Shown: positions 11,193-24,836, counted from the whole stretch's first letter. The stretch is DNA of 62,674 nt, filler included, from Phoronis australis (GCA_002633005.1; 6 parts of 6 records of this genome joined end to end with filler, not necessarily neighbours in it); one strand, 5' to 3'. Made by a program: numbers and translations. The notes: a model not told the origin generated them from the sequence alone.

Positions 11193-12662
11193 TATTGATG
11201 GTGATCGGGAGGTAGACTGTTCCCCTCACTCGGCGAAAAAATCCCCTCTCAGTAGGCACTGGCACCTTTCCCTTCGCATGAACGAGGCACTTGGAGAAAC
11301 ATGATGACTATGATTGCTTTGTCTAGTTAACTGAAATTGAGTTCTAAAACGAGGTTATGCTTTGGATGAACGAATTAAGTGTTTTAATTTTAAAATTCAA
11401 CTTGGTCCAGATTGATATTTGAAACCTAAGACATGAAATAGACGTAATTACGAATTATTACAACCAAGAAAGCAGAATTGATGGTCAAATAATTTTTACT
11501 TTCAATTCCAAGCCTGGCTTTTTATTTTAATAAAAAAATATATTTAATAACATCAATTATTCTTTCAGATCAATGAAAAATCAACTGTTAGTCCCAGTGA
11601 GTGCATACCTCACCAGGGTCAGGCTATGCTTGATGTTAATATTCTTGATCAACAAATTAAACCATATGTAACTAATTGCACATGACAGTCACCACTGTCG
11701 AATATGTCTTCAACTCGTCAACAATACGAGCAGATGACCTGGTTTGTGTAGAAAGTATTTTGATCAACAATTTACAAGAAAAAACGTAACCCNTTTTTAG
11801 CGGCGATTCCACTTATCGAAGCGACAAAATAAGCCAAAACTTTGGCCATACCATGTTAAACATAATTTTATTTCCAATTTTGTTGAAACTTGGCCACGTT
11901 TTTAACAAAATACTTATCTATGTTATGTGCTATCGGCAAATGTGATTGATTCATAAATAAGACCCTCACGCTGTGTTTTCTGCGAATCCCATGTATTCTG
12001 AAGGGGGCTAACTGAGTGACTTTCGCGCATGCGCAATTCACGGTTTCAATATTGCTGGTAATGTATTGATGGTGATCGGGAGGTAGACTGTTCCCCTCAC
12101 TCGGCGAAAAAATCCCCTCTCAGTAGGCACTGGCACCTTTCCCTTCGCATGAACGAGGCCCTTGGAGAAACATGATAACCATGATTGCTTTGTCCAGTTA
12201 ACTGAAATTGAGTTCTAAAACGAGGTTATGCTTTGGATGAACGAATTAAGTGTTTTAATTTTAAAATTCAACTTGGTCCAGATTGATATTTGAAACCTAA
12301 GACATGAAATAGACGTAATTAAGAATTATTACAACCAAGAAAGCAGAATTGATGGTCAAATAATTTTTACTTTCAATTACAAGCCTGGCTTTTTATTTTA
12401 ATAAAAAATATATTTAATAACATCAATTATTCTTTCAGATCAATGAAAACTCAACTGTTAGTCCCAGTGAGTGCATACCTCACCAGGGTCAGGCTATGCT
12501 TGATGTTAATATTCTTGATCAACAAATTAAACCATATGTGACTAATTGCACATGACAGTCACCACTGTCGAATATGTCTTCAACCCGTCAACAATACGAG
12601 CAGATGACCTGGTTTGTGTAGAAAGTATTTTGATCAACAATTTACAAGAAAAAACGTAACCC
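11193..12662 (+). repeat. ~600-bp near-identical duplication (11193-11792 / 12064-12662) across a single-N join; probably two haplotypes
   Basis: Copies differ by a handful of substitutions and are separated by n at 11793 plus a ~270-bp unique segment. Confidence 0.8.
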
Positions 12663-13076
12663 TGCATTCAGCATAATACCTAATCCGTAACACTGCAATT
12701 TAGTCATATTTACTTTTCATGTTTTGAACCTAGTTTTCCAAAAAAAATAATAAAACCTTTCGTCAGACAACTCTTTGGCGCCTTAACTAATGTAATTTTC
12801 TACGTCTTTGTGGTTAATTGTCGACACATTATTCAAATTTAATATCCAGGTTGGATTCGAAAAACCGACTATTTAACTCACACAATGTCAACTTCCGTTT
12901 TGTTTATCGCAGTGAGCCTCGGTTTGGATTTTGATGTCCACCGCGTGAATTGGGTCTATAATAGGACTCAACAGAGGGCCATCTCGTGGAAGATTCTAAA
13001 GAGGACCTTGGCAAGGGCAAGGGTTAACGAACAAGAAGTTAACTAAGAGCATGTCACTGGCATTGTGGGTAGTAAG

Positions 13077-13593
13077 CATAGGCGGATTTAGGGGGGCCCC
13101 TTGGCTGCCGCAAAAAANTCCCGTCATTATTGCCAACACGAAAAACGGATTTGGTCTTTTGGGCATTTGAAGACTAGTTTAAATACGACAAATTTGTTAA
13201 GAATCGATGGCACAAAACCTTTAATAAGCATTAAAAGAAGCAAACGCTGTGGACCATAAACAAGTAGGTCTCTTAGTATAAGATTAGTCGTTAAATCGTG
13301 GTGATGTAGTGGTAACGCACGAGCGCACTGTGCGCAAGGTCGTGAGTTCGAGTCTTTGGAACTTCCAGTATTTCCTATTTGAAACGTTCTTTTTTTGCCT
13401 TTTTTTCTTGGATAATACTTCAGGAATCAAGGAAAATGCTTGATTTTTAGAGGTAAAAACAGAAAAATTTCCCCCCTCCCGACCTCCCCCCATTCGGTGC
13501 TATGCGCGTCTACAATCGTGGTTCAGTTTGCGCAAATGTTTACAGCCGGACAAAATGTTGGGCCCCCCTTGTGATATCCTAGATCCGCCACTG
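13077..13593 (+). mobile_element. hAT-like MITE (CATAGGCGGATTTAGGGGGG ... GATCCGCCACTG) containing a tRNA-like A/B-box segment
   Basis: Related inverted termini. The left part matches 49085-49599 in reverse complement. TGTAGTGGTA and GTTCGAGTC lie at ~13305-13355. Inserted at the edge of an 81-bp minisatellite with GTAAG on both sides. Confidence 0.6.
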
Positions 13594-13885
13594 GTAAGAT
13601 ACTGCCTACATGTGTTGCGTCACGAGGGACTGTTACCAGCAAGTACACTGTCACAGTGCAGTGTGTGTTAGTAGTAAGATACTACCTTCACATGTTGAAT
13701 CACGAAGAACTGTGACCAGCAAGTACATTGTCACAGTGCAGTGTGTGTTAGTAGTAAGATACTTCCTTCACATGTTGAATCACGAAGAACTGTGACCAGC
13801 AAGTACACTGTCACAGTGCAGTGTGTTAGTAGTAGTAAGATACTGCCTACATGAGTTGCATCAGGAGGGACTGTGACCAGCAAGA
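13594..13885 (+). repeat. ~81-bp tandem minisatellite (~3.5 copies)
   Basis: Unit GTGACCAGCAAGTACACTGTCACAGTGCAGTGTGTGTTAGTAGTAAGATACT..CACATGTTGAATCACGAAGAACT repeated head to tail. Confidence 0.9.
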
Positions 13886-14762
13886 GGAATCGTGGCTAGT
13901 CAGATACTGCCTCCACATGCCGTTGCGTCAGGAAGGACCATGGCCAGCATAGTGTACCATCGGTGGAGCGATACTACAGACTCGCACACTGTGGCAGTGC
14001 AGTGTGTGTTAGTGTGTGTTGACCAACGTGTGTCGAATCCCACATCCTGGACAGAATATGTTTGATTGTTTATGGTTAATTGATTGAAGTTATCTTTACA
14101 GAGGGTGCTAACATAATAACTCTTCTCCATTGTTGGTGTACTTAACAACAGGTTTCAGTGGTTTTAATTAGTGGTTATTATATAATAAATTAAGTACTGG
14201 ATTTAATCATTCTTTCTCCGTCCACGCAAAATCACAAAGCACAGCTACCTTTTAAACTAAACAAATAGCCAATTTCTGACAATAACTAATTTCAGTTAGG
14301 ACATCAATTGCCTCTTAATCGGACAGGCTGCTACCATTCTTTTGTTCACATCAAAGGCCAAAAGTCACATTTTCCATATTAGGAAAATGTGTTACCTTTA
14401 TGTCTTGCCATACCAAATAAGGAAATGTGCTTTGTCTTGAGGGAAAAAATTGATGAAGTGGTGACTGAGCAGTTGATAGATCAGGTTTTTTGAAATTTGA
14501 AACCAAAAGAAAAATGCTTCGACATCAACAGGAATTCAAAAGATTTATGACAAACTAAAAATACCTGATGAGCAGAGTGAGTTCTGATTCAGTGGCAGAG
14601 AACCACCTTAATTAAAGTTATCTCAAACCTTATTCACAAAAATTGGCCATTTTTACAACATTTCACGTGTCTAGCAAAATATCTTACCGGTAATCGAAAA
14701 TTCCTAACAGCGTTTTGGAGGTAAATCGACCGAGTGGTTATTTTGCTATGAATGTACCTTTC

Positions 14763-15830
14763 TTAAGGGGGGTGTATATACTGGTCAAATCTCCAGGTCC
14801 CTACCTATAATAAGTATAAAGGGGGTTTTAACTAGTTAGAAATGACTCTGAAAGTGACAAAAATCGGAAAAAAAGTTTTTATTGTACCTCGTTTTTTTTA
14901 AATATGGTATTTTTTAATTTTCAAAATTCCAATTTTACCTCATTTTTTTTTCAAAATGCAAAAGGATTATCATCAACTGTGTCCTTATGCAATATTCTAC
15001 TTATCCATACCAAATATTTGTACAAAATCAGTATGATCTTGATTTTGTGGCATTTTTTGCGTTTAAGTTGTGGCAAGCACGCCACTATTTGTCATTTGGT
15101 CACTTTCCGTCTAATAACTAAAAATCTGGTCCATGTATCAAAAAACCCTGGCATGCGATTTTACTTCAGTTCTAGAGGATTTAAAATTTGTAAATGTCGT
15201 AAAAATTGACCCAGGTGTTGCGGAAAAATAGGCCCGAGAATCTTGTCACTGCCCTGAAATCACGAGCCGAGAAAAACGGCATCGATTGCCACTTGAGGTC
15301 AAAATTCGTTCAAAATGCGCGGTCATTATGTTCCAATTTTTGTCGATGTACTAGAAATAAAGCTGATATTTACTTCACGTTTAGAAAATGTGACATACCT
15401 GTTTGTTTACAACCTAATTTTAATAATTTTTACGAACTTGTGATAGGTGGTGGGCAAGAATTTGTAGGACGTCTAGAAAATGGTTTTTGTGAATAATTTA
15501 AGGGGGGGGGGGGCAATTTTATTTTGGTGTTTTTTAATTCATTTACTAGAGTGTTTTCAAAATCTAAAAAGTTCCCACGTTTAAAGTTGCACATTTTTGA
15601 GAAATTTGAGTTTGAAGTTGCACAATAACCACCATAGAGCCTAGAGAACTTACATTTGTAAAAACAACAGTTTTTTAGAGCTATCTTTTTTGTAAAACAA
15701 TATGGTCCCATCGATGTCATTGTACTGAACAATAATACATTGACATTACATGTTTTACTATTGTAGACTAATTGTAAACACTGAAATTTAAAAAATGTAA
15801 AGTGACACCTAGTGGCAGAAATGCAAACTA
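14763..15830 (+). mobile_element. Dispersed non-coding DNA-transposon arm starting TTAA|GGGGGG; second copy at 41060-41366
   Basis: TTAA at 14763-14766. The segment 15445-15760 recurs with high identity at 41060-41366. Confidence 0.55.
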
Positions 15831-16129
15831 AGTCTGAATGTTACTAGGAGGTTATTCTGGCATTGTCTGGCAACAAAAATAACACAAAACACTTGAAACT
15901 GGGCAAAATGTGTGCCTCAGTGACAGAACCATTGACTAATGGTGTAAAATATAGCTTGCTTGCATAATACACTAGACATACATTACAGTACAAAAACAAT
16001 AGGCCTATAGATGAATGATCTCTGTGAATGTGCATAGACTGTATGATATAGATTACTCTGACAGCGTTTATCAAGCAGTATGAGACAAATACATGACAAT
16101 GATCAAAGTATGTACTTTCTATGACAAAT

Positions 16130-19100
16130 AAAATTCCCTTTTTAATACAAAACCCCTGAAATAATGGGGTTGGATCTCTATTTCGGGTTGACTTGTCAAC
16201 GAACTATCCAATGTTATGCAGTCAGTGTTGCTGTTACTATAGTTGTCACAGCTGCCCATTTCTGTACAGTTTGACCCAGCAGTGCAGCACAAACTCAGTT
16301 TCCCAACACACATGTTCTATTTGCACTTGCAGCGTTCCATCATTTAGTTCTGTCAGTGGAGATGTAGGCATTGCCATACATTTTAAGTGCAAAGTTCCAC
16401 CACCAAGGAGCCAACTACAGTTGATTAGAGAGGGTACATACAGCACTGGATACTGGTGATTGGCCCGCATGCAATGAAGGGTCAAACACTAAGTCCCCAT
16501 TTGGAGGCGGTCAGGATTTGGGCAAACGTTTGCTTCAAAATATCAGTTATAATGGGCTGTGTTAATTAGAGTCAGCAAGTGAACACTAGTCTCAATTCAC
16601 TTTCGTATCTCTTAGTGGGGCACACACTACAACAGTCAGTAGGTTCAACAGTTGTTTCTTAAGATTGCCTGTCCAAATAACTTCATGCACACCAGCTTTC
16701 TGAAGAACAGCTTCAAAATCTTGCTTTAGTTTTGAAAAGAAAATGACAGCTCCATGTGTCAGAAGCTTTGATTCAATGAACTCCAAACAAAACTGTAGAA
16801 AAACATCTCTGAAAACTGTGGATTTGTCACTCTTCACAATCGTTGTCTTTCTATTTTTTGTATCGTGATGATCTGTAGAACTTGGCTTCTAAGACACAAG
16901 GTCTCTATCTTTGAACTTCATTTGCATATCCAGGGCTCTGGACTGAGCTTTTGCTTGCGATGCAAGTCCAACTGAAGAAACCCGAACTGTTAACACTAAA
17001 TGAACATTCAACTATGAGTGAGTTGGCATGCAACTTTTTCAGACGGACTTATCAGGAATGGATCCACCACCAGCCTAACAAATTTACATGCCGTCTGATC
17101 AGTAGCCTTAAAATGTTGATCATCTAATAATTAGATTAGTTCATGCAACTGAAAATAAATCAGCTGATATACCAGTGCAGTGGTTGAAATTTAATTTTTT
17201 GAATCAGATGCTTATACCATAAGGTAATCAACGTTTGAAGAAATGGACAGTGGCTTCCACCGTCCTCAAATTACGACGGGGATGCTGGCCACTTAAGCAC
17301 TTTAGTTTAATTACCATTGCAGATACCTAAGTAATTAATGTTTACAAAAAATTGAGAAGAGTTTCCCCCTATCCCAGGATTACGGCAGGAGATGAAGGCC
17401 ACTTGGACATGTTGATTGCAACTATCTACACAATTTAACCTTCTCAAAAATTTTTGACTTAAAGTGCTTTAAAATCACACCCATTGTATAACGCCATATA
17501 ATTATTCCTTAGCGCAAGCAGTGTCGATGTGGCAACTGAACAATGGAGTGTTCGAAAAACAGGATTGCAGGAGTATTTGTTTAAACTGAGAACAAATGAA
17601 AGCATTAACGGCCTCCTCAGAGGCATCTCTCTACATGTACTTCTAAACTTATAGGAACATGATTGATGGTTTTACCAGTGTGATGCATAATTTGCCGAAA
17701 AGCATCCTGCATATGGAGCAATTATGGTACGATCACCATCTCTACTGGGTCAGCAGTATAGCCTAAGGCCTAGGCAGCCAAGGGGCTTAACGATTTAAAA
17801 AAACAACTGGTGAAAATATTGAAACACACTTGGAAAACACCAAGATGTACCTTTCAAAAACATGTACCTGTTTTTCAAAGCTATAAAGTTGTTACTTCTT
17901 TCTCTTACTTGAAATGTGGTCCATAATATGCTTTCCTGCTAACAAATGATGCACTCGTATTTCAGAATGTTCCTTGTTCAGATTAATTGGCTGTTTCAGA
18001 TTTTGGAGGTCTAATTGATTTTCTTGGGAAATTTTGAGTAAAATCTGTATCACTTAAAACAGCTTCAGCTTTAGTTCTACTACAGGTGTCTTGAAACGTT
18101 GCTGTGCCTTTCTCTGTCCTTTCAATTTTTGGTCTGACACTAGCAGTATACAGTGTATAGGCTGTTTTCTGAACAAACGTTTGTGACACCTCTTCTTCTT
18201 TTTGATCTACTAATCTGCAGAGTTCTGCAGTCCATCATCTTTTGTCCGGATGCTTCTCTAAGCTTCTTCAGGTTCTGGCATCATACCGTAATCGTTCGGG
18301 TTAACGCCCTGGGCGGTTAAATTGGCGAACCCAAAAAATCGGGGGTGGGCGGTTAACCAGACATGGGCGCTTAAACGTGAAATTTCAAGAAATCGGGGGG
18401 GGGGCGGTTANNNNNNNNNNNNNNNNNNNNNNNNNNNNNNNNNNNNNNNNNNNNNNNNNNNNNNNNNNNNNNNNNNNNNNNNNNNNNNNNNNNNNNNNNN
18501 NNNNNNNNNNNNNNNNNNNNNNNNNNNNNNNNNNGATCACCATCTCTACTGGGTCAGCAGTATAGCCTAAGGCCTAGGCAGCCAAGGGGCTTAACGATTT
18601 AAAAAAACAACTGGTGAAAATATTGAAACACACTTGGAAAACACCAAGATGTACCTTTCAAAAACACGTACCTGTTTTTCAAAGCTATAAAGTTGTTACT
18701 TCTTTCTCTTACTTGAAATGTGGTCCATAATATGCTTTCCTGCTAACAAATGATGCACTCGTATTTCAGAATGTTCCTTGTTCAGATTAATTGGCTGTTT
18801 CAGATTTTGGAAATCTAATTGATTTTCTTGGGAAATTTTGAGTAAAATCTGTATCACTTAAAACAGCTTCAGCTTTAGTTCTACTACAGGTGTCTTGAAA
18901 CGTTGCTCCTTTCAATTTTTAGTCTGACACTAGCAGTATACAGTGTATAGGCTGTTTTCTGAACAAACGTTTGTGACACCTCTTCTTCTTTTTGATCTAC
19001 TAATCTGCAGAGTTCTGCAGTCCATCATCTTTTGTCCGGATGCTTCTCTAAGCATCTTCAGGTTCTGGCATCATAATATTGTGCTGTTTGATAAACCTTG
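16130..19100 (-). mobile_element. Degenerate Academ(X)-like transposase relics
   Basis: Minus-strand fragments in the expected order: QKTAYTLYT / LKYECIIC (~17950-18170), VFLQFCLEFIESKLL..AVIFFSKLKQDF..NLKKQLL (16592-16837), PDRL..LTLHCMRANHQ..W, and a Cys-rich tail (CMCVGKLSLCCTAGSNCTEMGSCDN). These resemble the XPG/Cys8-bearing Academ protein. Many stops and deletions. Confidence 0.5.
18286..18410 (+). mobile_element. Tc1/mariner-pogo-like MITE end (TA|CCGTA) running into a gap
   Basis: Starts directly after TA at 18284-18285, with internal GGGCGGTTAA repeats. Absent from the duplicate copy at 19075. Confidence 0.6.
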
Positions 19101-20881
19101 AATTACACAGGCATCACACTCCATGGGAGCTGCCATATTGAAGTATCTAAGCACAACAATACAATCTGGCTCTCTGATTGGTCAATTCAGTACAAAAGCG
19201 CAACCAAGTGGCAGGAATGTGCATAATATTTTGTGCAACAAAAACACCTTTTTAAAAAAATGTGCAAGTGTAGACGTCTCACGAGGGAACTTTTTGGAAT
19301 TTGATTGATGGGTACATTATCTAGCCACATAGAAAAAACTAGGTTGCCCCCCAAAGTACTCACAAGGATGAACGCTGTGAGATCTGGCCCACTATGAAGC
19401 ACAACAGACGACCAAAGCAAATATGGCTGTCACGTAGGCGGAGCATAGCGTTGATCTATTGTCTGCTGTTCTGGTGTTCCGACCACACATTATTAAACCA
19501 TGTGTTGATTGTTTATGCGACTCATCTGAACTCTCCACTCAGTGTGGTAAAAGGCTCTCTAACTACCGTATCTTACATATACCTATTTGTTAGTATTCCG
19601 ATATTATATGTAGTTACCGTCTCTTCATCAACCAGTATGCGAGTTATATCAAATCGCCGCGTTACTGCATGTCTACATAACAATATTGGCGACGAGGATA
19701 AAGAACTACCAGGTACTTTCATCGTAATGGTCACGTGCATTTACCGCCAACATTTTGACCGAATGGACTGTGACATAAGAAAATAGCACTTTTTGCGCAA
19801 ATAGCGTCGCTTGAGTGAGATTCTCAAGTTGCCAAAGTTTCTTGTCTTGCATTTCACTAAAATCGTATAATAGTATCATGAGCTTTAACTCAGGGATACG
19901 TTTGAATCTATGGACTAGAACAATTTTGTTATGTTGCACACTGGGTCATTTCTCTAATTCTTTGGGTTACGGCCGGCGGCAAGTTAAAAAATCCACTGAG
20001 TTTGGCAGCCTAGTTTCTCCACGGCACAGAAGCACGGTTTATCTCCAAAAACTCTACTCTGACGGCATGTAGTGGTCCATGTCTAGAACGCGCGAGGCGT
20101 GTTTTCACAGCGTGTGCGTGCACTCTCATTGAATAGTGCAACACCGCCCACGTCGACGCTTAACGTCCACTCGCACGACACCTCACCTTTCCGACTTCTC
20201 TTGCACAAGCACAATTTCTGCACTGATTCCTCAAGCTGAGTGCAGCGATGGCTTCAGCAGGACTTAGCGTACTCAATTTATTTTTGAAGTTGACAGGATT
20301 AGATTAGAGCTAGTGTCCTTGTATAAGCTCCGTCCCACTTGTCAGTCACTGAGCTGGTGAGCACTCAAGCCATGTGACTTACTGAAGCTTGGTCACATAT
20401 AATTAAAACAACTTTGGATTTTCAGAATGACTTTATTTTTCTTCACTACACTGTGCATCAAGAATTAAAGATTAAGATGACATAAAAATGTAAAAAACAG
20501 TCAAAATTAATTTTTTGTGCATCCACCTGCCTTAAAAATGAAACTTTGATTTAAAAAAGGTGTTTATGTAATAATAATAATGGTACATAAATATAAAACA
20601 TATTTTTATACTCCTTGATTTTTTTCTCTCAGAAAATAATATACTTTTACTAGTTGACAAAGCTTAGTTTTTTGATATATGAGTTAGAAAGGAGGCCACT
20701 AACCTTAAAGAATGCAATTTAGTCTGGTTTTAACGTTCCAGGCCTCTTTAATGCAGAAACATAATAATTGTTTGTGCTTTGAGAGATTCTCGCAAATTTG
20801 TGCTGATTTGTATTTGACATGGACAGCTGAAATTGGGCACTTCTGAACCAGAGTGTTGTCTGTGTATTACGTGTACTCTAC

Positions 20882-21833
20882 TCTGAACCAGAGTGTTGTC
20901 TATGTATTATGTGTACTCTAAAACAAAAGTTAATGGTCATCAGTTCTGACTGTGGACCACAGTCTGAAAATATAATTCTGCTATGGTTGCCAAATCTTTT
21001 TCCAAACCAATAGGGCAGTTTTCAACGACTGTTGCTGATTGCAATAACTTACTACATAACTTCATCTTTAGAAGCAAGCTATCTGGTTTCCTTTACATGT
21101 GGGAGACCCTCACAGGTGCACCCCTCAACTTTTGCCCTGTTCCTAACATGGGAGCTTTGCAGAATACATGCCTGCTTCTCATATACTTTATATGTAATAA
21201 ATGGAATGTAACTGACTTTTATTCATTCCATAATAGCGTATCTGAAATGTCGACTGTTCGGAGCCAATAAAAAAATATTTGCAGCGTTGTGTACTTTTTC
21301 ACTCGTTTGAATCGCATACGAGAGAACCATGGNTGTATTACATGTACTCTACTTTGAACCAGAGTGTTGTCTGTGTATTACATGTGCTATACGTATGCTG
21401 AAGTCATTCTACAAACATGTCCAAACAAAAGTTAATGGTCATCAGTTCTGACTGTGGACCACAGTCTGAAAATATAATTCTGCTATGGTTGCCAAATCTT
21501 TTTCCAAACCAATAAGGCAGTTTTCAAGGACTGTTGCTGATTGCAATAACTTACTACATAACTTCATCTTTAGAAGCAAGCTATCTGGTTTCCTTTACAT
21601 GTGGGAGACCCTCACAGGTGCACCCCTCAACTTTTGCCCTGTTCCTAACATGGGAGCTTTGCAGAATACATGCCTGCTTCTCATATACTTTATATGTAAT
21701 AAATGGAATGGAACTGACTTTTATTCATTCCATAATAGCGTATCTGAAATGTCGACTGTTCGGAGCCAATAAAAAAATATTTGCAGCGTTGTGTACTTTT
21801 TCACTCGTTCGAATCTCATACGAAAGAACCATG
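20882..21833 (+). repeat. ~450-bp near-identical duplication across a single-N join (21333); probably two haplotypes
   Basis: ORFs 20983 and 21485 are nearly identical. Few substitutions and one short indel. Confidence 0.8.
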
Positions 21834-22823
21834 GCGACAACTTATAGAGAGTGAAACAAGAGAGAAGTAGTATAATTAGTTTATTATGCGCTAAATATAA
21901 AATACAAATCTACAAACTTACAATACATCATTAACTTCTATTGCCATTGTACCCTCACAAGGTTTGGAACGGCTCCCAAATCGCCGAAGTCAGTACCCAA
22001 AGTCGAGTTTAATGAAAAATTTGTAAGCTAAAGTAAAAGCTAAAAAATAGAGAAATCGAGTCTCTAAGTAAATAGAAACGAGATTCTTACCAGATAGAAA
22101 CAAGATCCGGTAGAATCCAAAGTTCGAGCATGTGGGGCCCATTTTTATAGGCATATTCGCACTGCGATGCTCCAAATTACGCTAAAATAGGGGTCTCAAG
22201 TTAAATGTAAAAACCAATCAAAATACAACTAAAAATTTCGTCATCAGAAGTACCAAATAAGGAATTGACCATCTTACAGCCTTTAAAATATAATAACCCA
22301 CTCTAGCTTCTACAACCAAACTTAGTCTTAAACTGACGACTCATCTTAACTCACAACCCCATCAATAGACAGCGCTCCCTTCACAATAGAATCTACCGGT
22401 AGTCTTGCGCTTTTCTTAATCTCGCCACCAGGAAACACTTGTCTACCCTGTTATTGGTTGCTGCCTGACCTTCCATTGGGCTCATGTTATGGCCAAATTC
22501 CCACAATCTTGAAGATCATGTGTTGACAGTAATTTACAGATGGCCATTTTTAACAAGTTGCGCGCGGCAGGTAATGTGACATCATATTCCCCTGGTGTGC
22601 ACCGTGTAAAAATGGCCAGTTACCGATTTGGGGAATTGAACGAGGAACTGCTCAAAGAAAAAGTTTGATAATGGGAGTATTTGTTCGAGTTCGAAGGAAT
22701 TAAAGACATCGGCTGCCTCCTTTAGCCAAGGTGCCCCCCTATGCTCAAAAGGTACTTAATGTTGTAGATGTGCTTCCGGTGAATCATATGAGCCTCTGTT
22801 AGCTACTCGCTAACGGGCAATTG

Positions 22824-22890
22824 CCTATTAGCTGAATGGTTAGCACGCTTGCCACTTTTATGGGGGTTGCTGGTTCGATCCGCTGGTCGG
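22824..22890 (+). mobile_element. tRNA-derived SINE-like head
   Basis: A box TAGCTGAATGGTTAG (22829) and B box GGTTCGATCC (22872). No intact cloverleaf. Confidence 0.45.
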
Positions 22891-23494
22891 GTAATCTCGG
22901 CTATTACTACATTAACAACGTGGCTTTGATATTTCAGTCTTCCCGCATTTGAAGATCCTACAGGAGCTACACCATATCTACTGGGGCAGCTAGAAACGGT
23001 GGTCACTGTCTATGCCATCATGGACATGTGTGCAGCTTCGCGCCAAGCAAGGCTAGCTGGCTAACTGCTGTCCTGACTGAGCAACAGACTCGGACGCTTG
23101 TGGAAAACAGAGGTTATCAAAATATCAGATCACAATACTTTACCAATTCCAAACTGACGTTAAGAAGCAAAACGTACTTACACGCAACATCTGCCAATAT
23201 TTCACCAGTTTACAAAAGAAACAAACTGCTTGGACAAACTTCCGGTAATCAGAGCCACCTAGTGGTTGTCTATGGCACTCGTGTGGCTCTGGGCTTGGTG
23301 CGTTAACTGTAACGTAAGTTTATTGAAATTCGATGAGTGTAGTAACAGGAGAACAGTAGCACGTGAAGCTAGTAATAACACATTCCATACTACAGAGCTA
23401 AACTAAGAAGCTAAACGTACACAACATATGAGCTATACATTGAACGCGGCCTGCTAGCAGGTAGTTCAGGAGATGGGGTCTCGTCGACACCCCT

Positions 23495-23850
23495 TACAAA
23501 AATGAACTTAGTATTTTTTTGACGCAAAATTTAAGTTTTTTGGAAAATAACTTAAGTGTTTGAGGAAAAACTTCGGTTTTTAAAAGACACTTAAGTTCTT
23601 GAAGCTCTATTTTTGACAAAAAATTATTTTTTTCAGTATCACCTTCAGTTTTTCAGAAGACGTACATTTTTTCAAGAATAAAAATTATGTTTTCATAAAA
23701 TCATAAGTTTTCTCAAATAAACTTATGTTTCAAGAAATAACTTAAGTTTTTATGAAGTTTTTATTCGGACTATCAAATCTTAAGTTTTTCAGATAACTTG
23801 AGTTTTTCACAAAACTTAAGTTTTTCGTATAAAAACTTAAATTTTCCTGT
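23495..23850. repeat. Degenerate ~21-22-bp AT-rich tandem array with palindromic core AAACTTAAGTTT
   Basis: More than 12 variants of AACTTAAGTTTT at regular spacing. Confidence 0.75.
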
Positions 23851-24339
23851 TTTATTTGTGATCAAAATTTACGTTTTCAGGTTTTGAAAATTTGAATATC
23901 GTGTAATATTTGATTTGCATTGTTCGAAGTTTTCCCAAATTTTCCAACAAAAATTCTTTTTTGTTTATGCAAAACTCATTATTTAATAAAAATGCATCCA
24001 TGTAAAATGGACTTCGTTGCCCTGGATGTTTCCTTAACATTTATATGAATGCAAACCATAAAACAACGAACGTTGAACTGGTTCAAAGAGTTAACAGAGA
24101 TTATAATCATTCTCTCAGGTCTTCTTCAATTTAAATATAGACTAACATCCAACGACCAAAGCGATATAAATGCACTGCAATGTCCAGGGAATGTCAACAA
24201 CAAACGAGAATTTCATATTCAGCCAAAATATTTATTCTGATTGGTCAGTTGCAGACACTCGGTGTACTGTGATTGGCATTTCTCTGCACTGTTTCTGCGC
24301 AGTACAATCAAATGTGAGAGTGAGCGGTGGATCGAACAG

Positions 24340-24836
24340 ATTACTGTGCCTAACAGAATTCTGATCCTCGGGAGCAGCCACGTACGTCGACCCCGCGACT
24401 ATATGTTGCTCAACTTCGACTTGACTGCGTTTGATCCTGTAGTCAAGCTTCATGGCGTTGGCGGAATGACCACCAGGTCAGTTTACAAGCAGCTCCATGA
24501 GGTATCCAGTTTCCGGCCAGACGTCGTCATTCTGCACGTCGGTGGGAAGGATTTGTCCACGGACGAACGGGGCGTCTTGTTCGGTTGGCTTCCCGTCTGA
24601 AAGAGAACTACGGTGAGCGGGCTGTCGTCGTGTCGTCTGTACTATACAGGCATCACTTGGACGGTTACAACACCTCAACCACCGCCTCGAACAGTCTTTG
24701 GAAACCGACCCCACCGTGAAATTCTAGATCCACCGGCGCTTCAACGGCAACAGGAAGCTTGTGCACCGAGACCAGGTATACCAGGTACACCTCAATGACC
24801 AGGGGTATTACTGCCTTTACAGGTCATTTAAGAGCG
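24340..24836 (+). pseudogene. SGNH/GDSL hydrolase relic of the type carried by DIRS/Ngaro and CR1-group retroelements
   Basis: Block I RILILGSSHVRR, block II HGVGG, block III PDVVILHVGGKDL, block V-like VHLNDQGYYCLYRSFK in a shifted frame. Frameshifted and cut by a CAGTGGC-type MITE at 24837. Confidence 0.75.

Noticed and set aside
13295-13360. Functional tRNA genes here, at 22824 and at 35085-36990
   Set aside because: A and B boxes are present, but the stems are broken and the copies are embedded in repeats.
13594-13885. Regular repeats superficially like a CRISPR array
   Set aside because: Whole units are repeated with no unique spacers, there are no cas genes, and the context is eukaryotic.
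20983-21772. Twin 95-aa ORFs as a duplicated gene
   Set aside because: No recognisable motifs. The identity is explained by the haplotype duplication at the single-N join.
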